Origin: Amphiscolops sp. MND2022
Lineage: Eukaryota
Assembly: GCA_964187785.1 (NCBI GenBank)
Contig: OZ076409.1
Coordinates: 868,001 to 932,000, forward strand
Length of the DNA stretch: 64,000 nt
Reading direction: 5' to 3'
Shown here: positions 1-12,800 of the stretch, one piece after another
Layout of the letters: each line of letters starts with the position of its first letter
Position numbering within the stretch: the stretch's first letter is position 1
The notes under the pieces: model-generated
Told to the model about the DNA's origin: nothing
The model's database searches: none
The model's input: only the letters and a program-made list of their open reading frames with translations
Position numbers and translations under genes: made by a program

Positions 1-439
1 CATGCCAAAATTGCTCTAGGGTCTCTCCTTCTAATTGTTTGCGGTTGAAGAATTTGTGTCTATCCATAAGTCTGTTTCGCTTCTTGTGGAAGGCATCTTG
101 GCATTCTTTTAGCAGTTCGTCTAAGTTCATGGTTTCTATATCCATGTTGGGTTTTCTGTCCAAAAGCGTTTTCCTTGCCGCCTCCTCGAGCGCAGTGTAA
201 AGGAAACTAACTGCCTTTTTCTGAGCTATTTGTTCTTCTGACCCGCCCATCAGCTCTTTTCTTCTGGCATTTGTTGAGGCATCTCTGGTCAGTTCGTCCG
301 GGGAGATTGAGGACTTTGCCATTAATGTGGCCTCGAAAAGCTCGATCCATCGGCTCCACTCATAAACTCTCTCTGCTGATGCATCTTGCCAAAATACGGG
401 TATGCCCGAAACAGGCTGATTTTCGGCTCGCAGCGCCAT
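1..439 (-). CDS. gag: Ty3/gypsy (Mag/K02A2.6-like) Gag N-terminal part, open to the window edge
   Basis: Manual translation from the minus-strand ATG at 439 gives MALRAENQPVSGIPVFWQDASAERVYEWSRWIELFEATL...RNRLMDRHKFFNRKQLEGETLEQFWH with no stop. W-x2-W-x3-F and R-x2-F-x2-R-x-Q-x2-GE-x4-F are typical retrotransposon capsid motifs. Absent from the ORF track because no stop lies in the window. Confidence 0.8.
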   Translation of the reverse strand, partial: MALRAENQPVSGIPVFWQDASAERVYEWSRWIELFEATLMAKSSISPDELTRDASTNARRKELMGGSEEQIAQKKAVSFLYTALEEAARKTLLDRKPNMDIETMNLDELLKECQDAFHKKRNRLMDRHKFFNRKQLEGETLEQFWH

Positions 440-672
440 GTAATCGCGTGGTCTAAGCTTTGTTAAAAAGAGTATTCAGTGGTAACTATCTTGTGTATTG
501 TTTCAGACCATATGGTGATGTTGAATCTTTTGGTTGAACAAATTGTTCAACGGAGCAGGTATTTTGTCAACACAATGGTTGCTCTTTTATGATCGCTACC
601 ACACTGACGGTGCTTCGTTTGGGCAACACTGACTGCACGTTTCAGTATCCAATCGATGCCAAATCAAGACTG

Positions 673-1132
673 GGACCATGTCATCTTCCCCCCCCCCCAG
701 GTACACCTTGTTGGGAATCCCCCCAACACGAAAGCACATTTTGTTCTTGATTAAAAATATTTAACTAATAAGAGAATATTATATGAATGTATACACTTAG
801 AGGATTGTCTCTGCAACTGTTTGGACACTTCAGGTAAACAATTATCATAATTTTTGGCTATTACTGTCCAAAATAGCAGAAATTCACGTTTGGAACAAGC
901 TAAAATCGTATAAAAAGGCCCTTATTTCAGCGCAAATTTTAACCGCTATAAAATCTAATGAGCATCTTTTAACTGACAGTCAATGTAATGGATAGGATTA
1001 TGTCGACATCAATTATTTTATTGGACCAAAATTTCAACGCAAACTATGTCGACATAATGGTATTTGAACCTTCTGTCTTATTCCCCACCCACCGCAGTTT
1101 TTTCTGTGGGGGGGGCATAGATGACATGGTCC
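673..1132. mobile_element. GG-ended MITE with 8-bp TSD (family D, Merlin-like)
   Basis: TIRs GGACCATGTCATCT...AGATGACATGGTCC; TSD CAAGACTG at 665-672 and 1133-1140. Superfamily inferred from GG ends plus 8-bp TSD. Confidence 0.85.
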
Positions 1133-1392
1133 CAAGACTGCTATAGAACGGCCAAAGTGTGGATTTGGTGAACAAGTTTAGCCTTCCCGTAAAAAATGCT
1201 TCAAGTTCAATTGAGTGAAACTTTTTGCGATGTATGCGACGGCAGTTAATCTAGATCCTCATCGTGTTAAAACGGGTACAGGGAATTATATTTCTGTCAT
1301 TTGTAATGCGCTGCAACAGTAGCATGCAGGGGTGCTGTGTTTAGTGTGTAAACGCTGATGTTATATATTTTTACGTACATTTTTTACGTAAC

Positions 1393-1455
1393 CTACGGGG
1401 AATCGAACCCACGACCTAACAATCGGAAAGCTAGCGCGTATCCTACTTGGCCAAA
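1393..1455 (-). pseudogene. tRNA-derived sequence (SINE head or tRNA pseudogene)
   Basis: Minus strand has an A-box-like TGGCCAAGTAGG and a B-box/T-arm GGGTTCGATTCCC; acceptor stem not convincing. Confidence 0.55.
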
Positions 1456-1507
1456 CTTTCTTGAGAACTGTCAAATTTTGTTTGTTTTTAATCTTCTCGT
1501 TTAACAG

Positions 1508-1704
1508 TGGCAGGCAGGAGTGTTTAGTGTGTTTAGTGTGTACACGCTGCTGTTGATCACGGTGGACAGATTCGTGAGTGTGAAGTGGCCCTTCGAGCGG
1601 AGGGTGAGGCAGCTGCCGGTGTGGGTGTGGAGTGGCACCATCTTCACCCTCGCCTCCCTCTCCGCCACGCCCTACACCGCCATCACCAAACTGGAGCCCC
1701 TCAT
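1508..1704 (+). CDS. Class A GPCR exon A (end of TM3 with DRF, ICL2, TM4)
   Basis: Polypyrimidine acceptor ...tctcgtttaacag|; WQAGVFSVFSVYTLLLITVDRFVSVKWPF...VWVWSGTIFTLASLSATPY; donor gtgagt at 1705 (phase 2); GC-rich against an AT-rich background. Confidence 0.9.
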
Positions 1705-1801
1705 GTGAGTAGCAGTACAATATACACTATGCACTATACACTATACACTGCACATTTTTCGGCCCCCCCATACACTATACCCCCATACACTATAACCCCT
1801 A

Positions 1802-3378
1802 CCCGGGTTGACCCTCTTACCAGCATCTTGGCTGTCTTGGCAAGATCTTGCCAAATTCTTACTACATTTTGGCAACCATGGAACCCATGGCAAGATTCTT
1901 ATCAAGATCTTACTAAGATTATACATTATTCCAAGATCGTATCTTATCACGATGGACAAAATTCTAAGATTATTAAAAACCCCTTACCTTCGGTACAAGC
2001 AGCCGAGACTCTATCTAAAGGCTAATTTCACCCAAAAACGACTTTTTCTACTCACTCGTTTTCATAATCAAAATGTTTCAACCCGCTGAAATAAATTTAC
2101 ATGCATAAATGTGCGAAAAATTACGATCACGTATTCTGGCTTCCGAAATTCTGATGAAAACCCTAATAACTCCTCACCTGCTCAAGACTGAAAAATGCGA
2201 ATGTCCCTAGTTGAGACTGCTGGAACTTTTTACATGCTGCAGGCCTGCATGCAGGGCAATGTTTTATAAAACCTAGAAAATTCAGTAAGTTTCCGGTGGT
2301 AAATCTTGTAGAATTACACTGCATTTTCCACTACTGCAATTAAATTTGAAAATATTTCCCAATTCTTTTAAGGACACGATCACGTTGTATTCACACATTG
2401 ATTTCTCGAATACTCATCTGATTTAATCACCGTTTCTCAACAAGTGCGCTGAAGATGACGCTAGTTTGTTGTTTACATTTTGATTGAGGTTAATTTGCAT
2501 TAAAATGGCGGCAAATTGTTAACGTCTCAGGTACATTTAAAATTAATACTGATTCATATTGAAACTTGCAGAACTTCACAGCTTGAAATTGCCGCCAAAA
2601 CTTTGATGATTCTTTAAAGCAGCTTAATAAAAGTTGGTGATAGCAGGGAAATATTTTCGCATTAAAGTTTCCCTAAGATTTTTAGAAAATCATAATAAAA
2701 GTTGCTGGCAACATTAAAGTACATATAAAAAGTTCAAGCATGTTCAACAAGGGGTACCAAATGGAAGCTCATTTTGGAGACTTTTGAAAACTTGTGACGT
2801 ATCACTCCTGTCGAATCCCGACACGGAGAAAAATGCTCTTAAACGTCCAGAGCCACTATCGGAAAGCTACACAAGGAAATATTAGAAATCCGGAAATTTT
2901 GTTTCAAAATCATATCACCAGCTTTCTTTGAGTTTGTTTCAGCAGTCTTATTACTGTTGGAAACGGCGGTCATTGCCACTGCTGGGTAATGATTCGGCTT
3001 GAAGCTTTTCTGACGCCGTTATTGACAACGGTTTTGCTGTTGATAGAACAATTTAATCAGTGCCTCCCTAAATATACAGCATAAGCACTCTTCAATGAAA
3101 TGTTATACCTTGGTAACAGAAAATTGTCATGTCTAACAATGTAAATCTGCATGGATGTATATTTTTATTGACTTCCTTTCAGATCTTTTTTGCCCAAATA
3201 GGATTTTACAATAAAATTTTTCTTGGGAACATGGCTCATGGCTCTCTTGATAAGGTCTTACCATGAGATCTTGCAATTCTTGGCAATATCTTGGCAAGAT
3301 CTTAGCTAAGATTTTTCCAAGATCTTGACAAGATCTTGCCAAGATCTTACTAAGATATCCATGGAGGGTCGACCCGAG
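1802..3378. mobile_element. Non-autonomous TIR element (family A), TA flanks, with family B nested inside
   Basis: TIR CCCGGGTTGACCCTC...GAGGGTCGACCCGAG flanked by TA; subterminal CAAGATCTT repeats; second copy at 20316-22012, partial copy near 45314-45465. Confidence 0.8.
2205..2753. mobile_element. MITE family B (CCC...GGG TIRs) nested in family A
   Basis: TIR CCCTAGTTGAGACTGC/GCATGTTCAACAAGGG. The family A copy at ~20710 shows the empty site (gcgaatgtaccaa). Confidence 0.8.
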
Positions 3379-3471
3379 TATACACTACCCCTATGCACCA
3401 TTCAGCCCTATCGATGAACCATATTCGGTACTCCTGCGGTCCCTACAAAATTTATGCAGCCGGCCTGAAAG

Positions 3472-3776
3472 CTCCTGACTAAGTGTGGTCCCTAGCAAAT
3501 TTAGAAGAGCCAACGTAAAGCAAACATTAGTAGTTCAAAATATGGTGACTATTCATCTGTATGACTTATAGCCAAATATGTATGGAACTTGATTTGAAGA
3601 GGTTAGCATATTTGTTCGCCAAGTAGCAACATTGAGGCGAGGCATGGCCATATGGCACGTCGCTCCGCTTCGCTTCGCTCCTGCATTTAGGGAACAAGGG
3701 GTATGTGAACATAGCTGACGACGTTATAATAATAATAATTCCGTCAAAATATGCAGGGACCACACTTAGTAAGGAG
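3472..3776. mobile_element. Small TIR element (MITE)
   Basis: CTCCTGACTAAGTGTGGTCCCT ... AGGGACCACACTTAGTAAGGAG inverted ends; internal segment shared with 5140-5220 and 22700-22770. Confidence 0.65.
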
Positions 3777-4914
3777 TACGCTATCTACTATGTATATACC
3801 CTACTCTATGTATATGACTAATATGTAGAACGACAATTGCAGCAAGTTTTGTTCAGTAACTCCCTCAAATGTAAAAGTATAAAACGACTCAGTCAACATT
3901 TCTAATAGAAGGTTAAAATTTCTTTTCAGAAGCTACTCTTTATATTTAGTCAGCGCGTTTCGTTGGAAAAAAACCACTGTAGTAATGACTTTTTTAAAAC
4001 AAAAATTCTGGTTTTTCCGATGTTTGCAGTTGAAAAAACTGTTTTCGAGTCTCAAGGGTAGCCACCCTTTTGAGTGCTTTTCCACTGTGTGATAACTGAA
4101 AATTTTCACAATAGTTCTCTCTTGAATAATAAGCGGAGCGCCGACTTGGGCTGTTCCCGGCTGGTTGTAATCTTTGCAGGGACAAACACGCATTGGATTC
4201 CAATGGCAACTTCAATTCATTTTATGGCCATATTAGAGTCCCCATTCTGTGATGGCCATAATGATTCAGCCGGTCACTGGGAACAATTTTTCCCTTTCAG
4301 CCGACAGTCTCATTATTGAGTATAATTACGCCACAGCACAGAACCACTTGGGATTCAAGCGGGGTTTCATTGCATCGCAAAATGAATACAAAATACGAAA
4401 ACAAAAGTCGCACTTTTTCAGTGTGGTCATCTATTTCAGTGTGACCGCTAAAATGAAGTCGAAATAATTCAAAATACTTTCATACATGCAAATTTAGAAT
4501 AGAATTATTGCTTTTTTTCGAATGTATTGGAGGAGGATTTAGCTCTTTTCTACCAGGAAATTTGTGATTTTCCAAAATCGTTTTATCAAAATTCGCTGAC
4601 TATTCCTTTTTCGCTGGCGTTTCCATTTTTCTCTGGAATATTTGTCGACTTTAACAGATGGATCCGACCACGGATTCTCACTGAATAATTGTCATGGAAG
4701 TTTAAAAAGCTAGATTACATTTAAAGAACTTTTCATCAATGGCATTTGTCCTGATGATCAATAAATAGTTTGAGATATGATCAGAAAAGAGGAAGGTTCC
4801 AAACATTATTATCCACAGAATTGGAAGGTTTTGGGCAGCAGTGACTTTAGCTGTTCGATAAATTAACTGAATGGGAATATAGATGAAATATCATGCCTTG
4901 ACTTTCATTCACTC

Positions 4915-5851
4915 CCCTAGTTGAGACTGCTTGAACTTTTTACATGCTGCAGACCTGCATGCAGGGTAATTTTTTTAAAAAGCTAGAAATATCAGTGAGG
5001 GGGACTGTTCAATTCGTCGAACATTCAATTCGTCGAACACGTATTACTTTAGCGAGCAATATATGACGTAATGGAATGAATTGATTTCGGCCAATCAAAT
5101 TCGAGCATTCAAAATTACGATAACGTAGTCAGATATGTTCACATACCTCTAGTGCCCTAAATGCAGGAGCGAAGCGAAGCGGAGCGACGTGCCATATGGC
5201 CATGCCTCAATATTGCTACTTGGCGAAGGGAGCGAAGCGACCGAGCCATACAACAAATATGCTAATCGCTACAAAATATAACCAAATGAAATCAATCGCT
5301 GATATGGAATTCTTTCGACGCATTGAATAGCTTTTCATTTTTCGACGATTTGAATGTTCGACGAATTGAATAGGCACCATCAGTGAGCATCCGTTGGTAA
5401 ATCTTGTAGAATTACACTGCATTCTCCACTACTGCAATTAAATTTGAAAATATTTCCCTTTTCTTTACGGACATGATCACGTTGTATTCACACATTAATT
5501 TCTCAAGTACTCGTCTGATTTAATCACCGCTTCTCAAACAGGACGCTGAAGATGACGCTAGTTTGTTGTTTACATTGTCAATGAAGTTAATTTGCATTGA
5601 ATTGGCGGCAAAATTGTTAACGTCTCAGGTGCATTTAAAATTAGAACTGATGCATAATGTAACTTGCAGAACTTCACGGCTTGAAATTGCCGCCAAAACT
5701 TTGATGATACTTTGAAGCAGTTTGATAAAAGTTGATGACAACAGGGAAATAATAACGCATTAAAGTTTCCGTAAGAGATTTGGAAAATCTTTGGAAAAGT
5801 TGCTGGCAACTTTAAAGAACATATAAAAAGTTCAAGCAAGTTCAACAAGGG
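4915..5851. mobile_element. MITE family B copy interrupted by family C
   Basis: Same TIRs and body as 2205-2753. Confidence 0.8.
5000..5378. mobile_element. GG-ended MITE (family C) with 9-bp TSD
   Basis: TIR GGGGACTGTTCAATTCGTCGAACA / TGTTCGACGAATTGAATAGGCACC; TSD ATCAGTGAG on both sides; related copy ~22561-22928. Confidence 0.8.
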
Positions 5852-6120
5852 TCTGAACGGTTGCGAAATTACGTTTTATCTGTTAAGCCTCTCTGTCTAA
5901 AGGAGCGACCAATCACAATTGAGAATTCAACTCGCTTCGACTAGTAATTTTTCTGCCTGCCTTGTAATTGTGCGCTCATACTAGTTTATCATTTTTACCT
6001 ATCACCGAGGTTTCGAAGCTTGTATTGAAGTTTTATTTCAGTCGACGTTTTCGAAGAGAGTAACACTTTTTGGTACAGAGGTTAATCGGTTTAGTAGGAA
6101 GCCAGTAGGTTCGAGTCTCT

Positions 6121-6578
6121 GGACCATGTCATCTATTCCCCCCAGGTACACCTTGTTGGAAATTACCCCCCCCCCCCAACACGAAAGCACATTTTGTTCT
6201 TGAATAAAAATATTTCACAAATAAAAATGTTAGATGAAAGTATATACTTAAAGGACTGTCTCTACAACTGTTTGGACACTTCAGGGAAAAAAATTACCAT
6301 AATTTTTTAAATATTATTGTCCAAAATAGCAGAAATTAACGTTTGAAACGAGCTAAAATCGTATAAAAAGTCCCCTATTTCAGCGTAAATTTTATCCGCT
6401 ATAAAATCTAATGAGCAACTTTTAACTGACTGTCAATGTAATATAGCATTATGTCGTCATCAATTATTTTAATGGACCAAAATACCAACGCAATCAATGT
6501 CGACATAATGGTATTTGAACCTTCTCTCTTATTTCCCCCCTGCCGCAGTTTGGGGGGGGGGAATAGATGACCTGGTCC
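6121..6578. mobile_element. MITE family D copy
   Basis: TIRs as in 673-1132; TSD GAGTCTCT/GAGTATCT. Confidence 0.85.
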
Positions 6579-7014
6579 GAGTATCTGCTTCATTCAGAAA
6601 TTTCGTGCTCTTCTGACGCAACATACAAAACCGGACGAGACTTAAGGGCCCCTTTCGATTTTTATTCGGCTTTGTGAGACTTTTCGAAAATGTTTCAATG
6701 TCTCCAAATGAAAATTGGGAGCAATGAATATTGGGCGCTGTGGAATTTGATCAGAAAGACTTCTGGAAATCTGTAGTCGCGCAAATATTAACACTGTACA
6801 GTAGTGATTCTAAAAGAAGCAACATAGCACGCGGAAAGAAAGCAACTAAACAAATACCATTGGCTGATCAAGGTCTCACGCGCTCATTTCATTGGTCGAG
6901 AGCGATTTCCAAAAGATAATTTTTTAGTTTTTTTGAATTTTTGACCCACTTACAATTTTCTGATTTCGAATTAATTTTGACAGAACAATTCTCCCAAATA
7001 TTTCAAATCTGACA

Positions 7015-8753
7015 TGTCGCAGGCTGCCGCCTGTGATGGCACTCTAATAACGACCTCAGCTGGCAGTCAGGAGATTATACCCGGAACCCTACCCACGTTT
7101 TAAACAGGCTTATGTTAAACTCTAAAACTTACTCTCGATGTTTATGTTTGCTTAGAACAGCTACATTTTTCATTATGATACAGTGTGTATTAGTCTGTTA
7201 ATAATACATTAGACAAATGAAGTTGCAAGTTGTAAAATAACAATGCTCAATGTAAATTATAGTTCAACGCAAGCTACTAAACAGCTTAAAGGAAACGAGT
7301 TCGAGTGTATGTAGCTTTCAGTCCGAAAGCGTCACTTGAGCCTAATGTACCAACCAATCATATTCGAGTATTTCATGATGCTATGCTGCTTTAATCAATT
7401 GGCCGGATACGGCCGTTTGTCTTAATGGTGCATTAATTAGTTGGAATACTAGGCAGATGGCCGGATTAGGGTTTTCTTTGGTCATTGTTGCAACTTATTG
7501 TATTAATAATGTTGTAGTGCTCAATAGTCATGTAAGCTCTCTACTTACACCTGAAGTTAATAAATAGTGCCTTTACGTTCTTTGAAACAAACAGTACCCC
7601 CATACCAACCCGATTATTAGTACCAATCTTTTGGACTAACTAGGCTATTCGCTCTGAATGAATTAAAATCCAATGGCCGATTTAGGACATGTTGTGTTTT
7701 GTTTCGTGATTTACGCTAAAGCTACTCGTTTGTTGCAACGGCCGACATTCGTAGTCACGTGGCAGCATTCCGTGATGAACATTCCTTAGATAGTTGTGTT
7801 ATGTTATTTGTTTGATGTTTGTTGCCGATGATACTCAACTATGATGACGTATAGTAATATCGTTGATGTTTTCAAATGGAAAGATATAATCTCGTGACCC
7901 TAACAAGTATGAATTCCTAGAGTTCTTTGATAAGGTGCTAACCGCCTCATTTTAACCGTTGTTGTGCCCTAACTTTGTGACTTAAGGAATTTGTAAATTG
8001 CGGGTATTATATCAAAATATGTAAATTCCATTCTCTCGGAAGTATATATACCTACCCGTTCCGAGAGGTGGACACTTTTTGCCTTTATGATACTCAAACT
8101 TAGTTTGTTCCGCGTTTATAGATTGCAAACCTAGACCACCAAAAAACTATTCAACCTCGAGTTCTTAATGCCTACTACGAGAAGACAAAAGAAGGCTAGA
8201 AAGTCAAGAGGAATAGAAATGCTATCTGACATAGAAAACCTCGACATTATGTTAGCGGAAAACCATTTCGGTAGAAATGGGAGAGATGAAAGTGTTAGCA
8301 GTAATTTTGGCAGAAGGCCTGGTAGTACATCTGCAGACGAATTAGAGAATAATGGTGAGAATAGAAACTAAGCCACAAGAGACTTAGGTCCTGATAACAA
8401 TGCTGATTATGGCCAGATTTCAACTGGAGGTAATTCTAGTGCTGAGATTAACAAGTTGTCTAGTGAGTTGAACTCGAGATTGTCGAGGGAGTTTGATGAT
8501 ATGATGTGTAGTGTCAATTCCCAGATTCAAAGGGCGATCAGTGATGCAATCAGCAATCAGATATTGCCCCACATCCAGTCCGCCTTAAGTGCCGGATCGG
8601 GACACTCGACTCAGAGTAGATGGAACGTTCCGTCCGAGAGACCGGAAGTATATTCCGAAGGACTGCAAAACAGTAACCCTAAGGACAGTTCAACTAGTAA
8701 GCCTAATTGTAATCGCCAAAATGATGGCGTAGTAGAGTCTAACGCTTACGACA
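7015..8753 (+). repeat. 5' LTR of element 1 (1739 bp)
   Basis: TGTCGCAGGC...GCTTACGACA imperfect inverted ends; about 25 differences from the 3' copy by eye (~98.5% identity). Confidence 0.9.
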
Positions 8754-9880
8754 TGGTGACAGGAGACAACGAATCTCCAAACCAAATTCCTGAGTTTCTC
8801 ACAGGACGCATTCTATCACGAAACCACCTCGATCAGTCCTACGAGGACATCAACCTAGACACGACGATCTCAGCACAAGGAAGACCCGCCACGGTTGTTG
8901 AACATGATCCAATTACCAGACTGGCAGACGTCTTGACGAACATGCAGAATCGACCGGCAGCCCAACAACTCACCATACGCCCGGTCAACTCAAATACCAT
9001 GACCTTTGATGGCAAAAGTGAGAAATTCGAACTGTTCGAAGATCTGTTCCATACCATGATCAAGATGCAGCCAGAAATGACCGAACAGATGAAAATTAAC
9101 CATTTTCATTCGCTCCTGAGGAAAAATGCTCTTCAGACGTTCAGAAATATTAACTCGACCAACCGACAGACTCTCGAAGACGTCTTAGTCATTTTTCGAC
9201 GGAAATACGTCAAACCCGAGTCACAAGCGACTGCTAAACATAAGTGGCACCGCTTGGTCTTTGATCCCAATACGTTGAAGCTACCGGATTTCCTTGAGGA
9301 ACTCAATCAAGGGGCAGAAAAAGCATTTGGCGACCATGCACAAAAAATGATTGACAGTCTATTGTACGCAAAGCTGCCTCCAAAGCTCAAGCGATCAGTC
9401 AACATGGCCAGATTAGAAAATGGCTCATACGACGAAATAGTTGCTCATTTGGAGAGGGAATTAGAGCTTAACGCCCTCGAGGAGTCAGACGACCTACCAA
9501 TGGCAACAATGACTTCCTCATCTTCTAAGACTAAAACCCCTCTTTCCACTGGGCAAATGTCGGACATAACTTGCAATTATTGCAAGGAAAAGGGCCACAT
9601 GGTCAAAGACTGTGAAAAACTCAAAAAGAAGAAAGAGAAAGACGCCCAACAAGGCAAATCGACAGAGAAGAAAACGTACCCCAAATGCGGGACTTGTGGC
9701 AAGAAAAACCATCCAGAGGAGAGATGTTGGCAGGGAGCAGGTGCTCACTTGAAACCCAAACGTACCAGGCCTGAAGACTCTTCAGACACTGACCCTGACT
9801 CTAAGGCACCTAAAGCTCATAACAAAACAATGTCCTCCAATACCCAATCCTCATCAAACAAAGATGAGTCAAAAAACTAA
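8168..9880 (+). pseudogene. gag: Gag of element 1 (~570 aa) with a premature TAA at 8369
   Basis: ORFs 8168-8371 and 8456-9880 are in the same frame, and the 3' LTR has TCA at the stop position. Capsid-like region (FDGKSEKFELFEDLF) and two CX2CX4HX4C knuckles (CNYCKEKGHMVKDC, CGTCGKKNHPEERC). Confidence 0.9.
8754..8765 (+). promoter_or_regulatory. Putative primer-binding site of element 1
   Basis: TGGTGACAGGAG immediately follows the LTR end; resembles Leu-tRNA-type PBS sequences, but the tRNA is not verified. Confidence 0.6.
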
Positions 9881-12800
9881 CTTCGCCACGACTCCAATAC
9901 AACCAACTAATATCCGTCCGTCAATATATCAGGTCGGATCCTCCAACAAAAACTTTCCATGAATATCAACAACAATTGATGGGTTACCCCTCTGTTGTCT
10001 GGCAGCAACAGATGGAGAAGGCCATCGTTATTACCTATAATAATACCCATCTGTTCCAAAAACCAATTCCTGTTTGGGATCCTGACTACACAACCACCTT
10101 TACAACCCGATTCAGGCCCATTCCCTTGATCGATGATTACAATCCAACGTACATCGACCCAGATTACGGCAGAGATCCCTATTGGGACATTGAGATTTAC
10201 AACCAGGACCTACTACAATTCCAATACGTCCTGGATGATATAGCCCATTACCAAACCACAATCCATGAAAATCCCCCGATAACCCACAACAAGAAAACCA
10301 GAGCACTAATCGAAAACTGGCAAATGAATGATGGTACTAACCATCCAGTATTCCCGAACCCTTTGGGAACCGAAACTAACGAAGCCAGTACAGAACCAAT
10401 TCCACAATCACTACTGGACGAGAAACAATTCCAAAATATCCTCATTACCAAAGAGGGTGAACCAGACTGTATACCACTTTCGACCAGTATCAACCTTAAA
10501 TGCAAAAAGCGAAAGTTGTACTTCCCGATGGACTTTGGGGAATTAACCATAGACGGCCTAATTGACACTGGAGCACTTTCCAGTGCAATCCCTGAAATGG
10601 ACCTCCGGAAAATCCGACTTCTATCACCACAATCAGTTATCCGAGAAGGTCCGCCTCCGAACTTTCAAATAATGGTCGCAAATGGCCAATTGGAAACTCC
10701 CAAGAGTACCATAGAGCTCAGATTTGAGGTTGGCGACATTGAGTTCCATGAAATCTTCATAGTAATGGAGAACCTAACGGGACCGATCATTGGACTAATG
10801 TTCCTTCAACGAAATCATACAGTACTGGACATGAGACAAGGAATTTTGAATTTCCCGTTCTTTTCAATGCAGCTCAAAACAGCTGACCATAAATACTCAA
10901 ACGTACTTGAACCAATCCTCAACCCTGCTGAAATAACTATTCCGCCAAATGACAGAGTCCTAATTCGGACTAATTCCTTACTATATCCTGAAAATGCTGT
11001 CACTGGGATTTTGCAACCGAGCGACCTTCTACATGAAGAAGGCGACATCACATTCTGCCCAGCCCTAGTCACTTTGAATAATGGCAGTATAGCAATACCT
11101 GTGAATATTTTCACGGACCACCCTTATAAACTAAAAAAGGAACTTCATATAGCCAATTTCTCAGTAATGACGCCAGAACAAATGAAATACGTCAAACCGA
11201 TAGACCCGGCATCAACCTGGCACCTTTTGCAGAATGACCAGGAGCAAGCAGCCCATTATATCAGCAGCCTCATCAAGACCAATAGAAATCCACAAAACTC
11301 CGAAAATTATTGGTTCCCAACTCCAGAGAATCCTGGAAATCCTGAGGAACACACACCTATACAAAAACGAATCCTACGCGAGTTGCAGGCCCTGCAGGAC
11401 CTGGAGACACTCGACCCCACTACAGATGCAGAATCGCGTGCAAAATTCTTAGAAAACTTTGATTGGAAAGATTCCACCCTTACTCCTGAAGAGAAGGAAA
11501 AGATTGAGGAACTGTTAGTAGAATTCCATGACATCTTTGCACGACACCAATTTGATATAGGCATGAACGAGGAATTCAAGGTGAAACTAACGCCTAAAGA
11601 CGATTCCCCAGCCTATAGCCAAAGCCTACCAGCTCCTATCAATCTAAAAGAGGACATCCTAGTTGAATTAGCCATGCTACACAAATATGGCATAATAACT
11701 ACACTCCCATTTTCGGAATACGCGAGTCCAATATTTGCACAAAAGAAGCCGAATGGGAAACTCCGACTCTTGGTTGACTTGAGAAAAATCAACAACCTCA
11801 TCTCGGATGATTATATCAACAATAATCACCCCGTCAGTACACTAGTTGATGCTTCCCAACACTTGGCAGGCAAAAAACTGTTCTGTAAATTAGACTGTTC
11901 GCAGGCATACCACTGCCTACCAATGGCCGACCAACGCTCAATCGAAATGTTGGCTTTCAATTTTGCCAGTCGCACATTCGCTTACAGACGATTAGCACAA
12001 GGCCTTAGTCGGTCACTATCCGCATTCTCAAGTTTCATGAGAGAATACCTTGACAAAGTTATTAAAGCGGATCAATGTGCCCAATATGTGGACGATATCG
12101 GCATCGCAGCCAATGATGTTGATCACCTCATGACGAACCTGAGAGCTACGTTCAAATGCATTCAGGAAGCAGGCCTTAAGTTAACAATGCACAAATGTCA
12201 CTTCGGTGCAAAAGAAATTGATTTTCTCGGACGAACAATTACCCCACAAGGCGTCAAACCCCAGAAACAGAACGTGCAAAACTTTCTGGAAAAGACCAAA
12301 TTCTCGAAGTCGAAAAAGGCTCTACAACGATATTTGGGATTCCTAAACTACTACAGGAATTATGTCCCAAGACTCTCCGAACGCCTTGCTCCATTCTACA
12401 AGATGCTGAAAAGTGACTAAAAAGTCCTAGTATCGAAAGAATTAGTCCAGCAATTCGAAGAAATCAACAAAGCACTAGACAAATGTTGCGACTTGGCCCT
12501 ACAGCAACCCATTCCGAACAAGCAAATAGCACTAATGACTGATGCAAGTTTTGGTGCAGCCGGGTACGCGGTCCTAATTGAAGACGACCCAAGCCAGAAA
12601 TTCACATCACTCAGAAAATCGTATGCACCGGTCGCATATGGATCAAAAACTTTCACCCCAGCACAGATCAAAATGTCAATTTATGCTAAAGAATTTCTTG
12701 CAATTTATTTTGCATTCGAAGAATTCGGACATATCTTTTGGGGTGCGCCGAAACCGGTCATCATCCTTACGGACAACAAAGCTGTAACACGATTTTTCCA

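Noticed and set aside
1393..1455. Functional tRNA gene
   Set aside because: Acceptor and anticodon stems are not well formed
1361..2025. ORFs 1361-1720(-) and 1585-2025(+)
   Set aside because: Overlap the GC-rich GPCR exon and a MITE in other frames
7032..7040. TGTGATGG as the start of the element 1 LTR
   Set aside because: The true start is 7015, supported by TSD TGACA and inverted TGTCG/CGACA ends; the 3' LTR is simply truncated
10920..11165. dUTPase in element 1 Pol
   Set aside because: Only a vague beta-strand pattern; catalytic dUTPase motifs not recognisable
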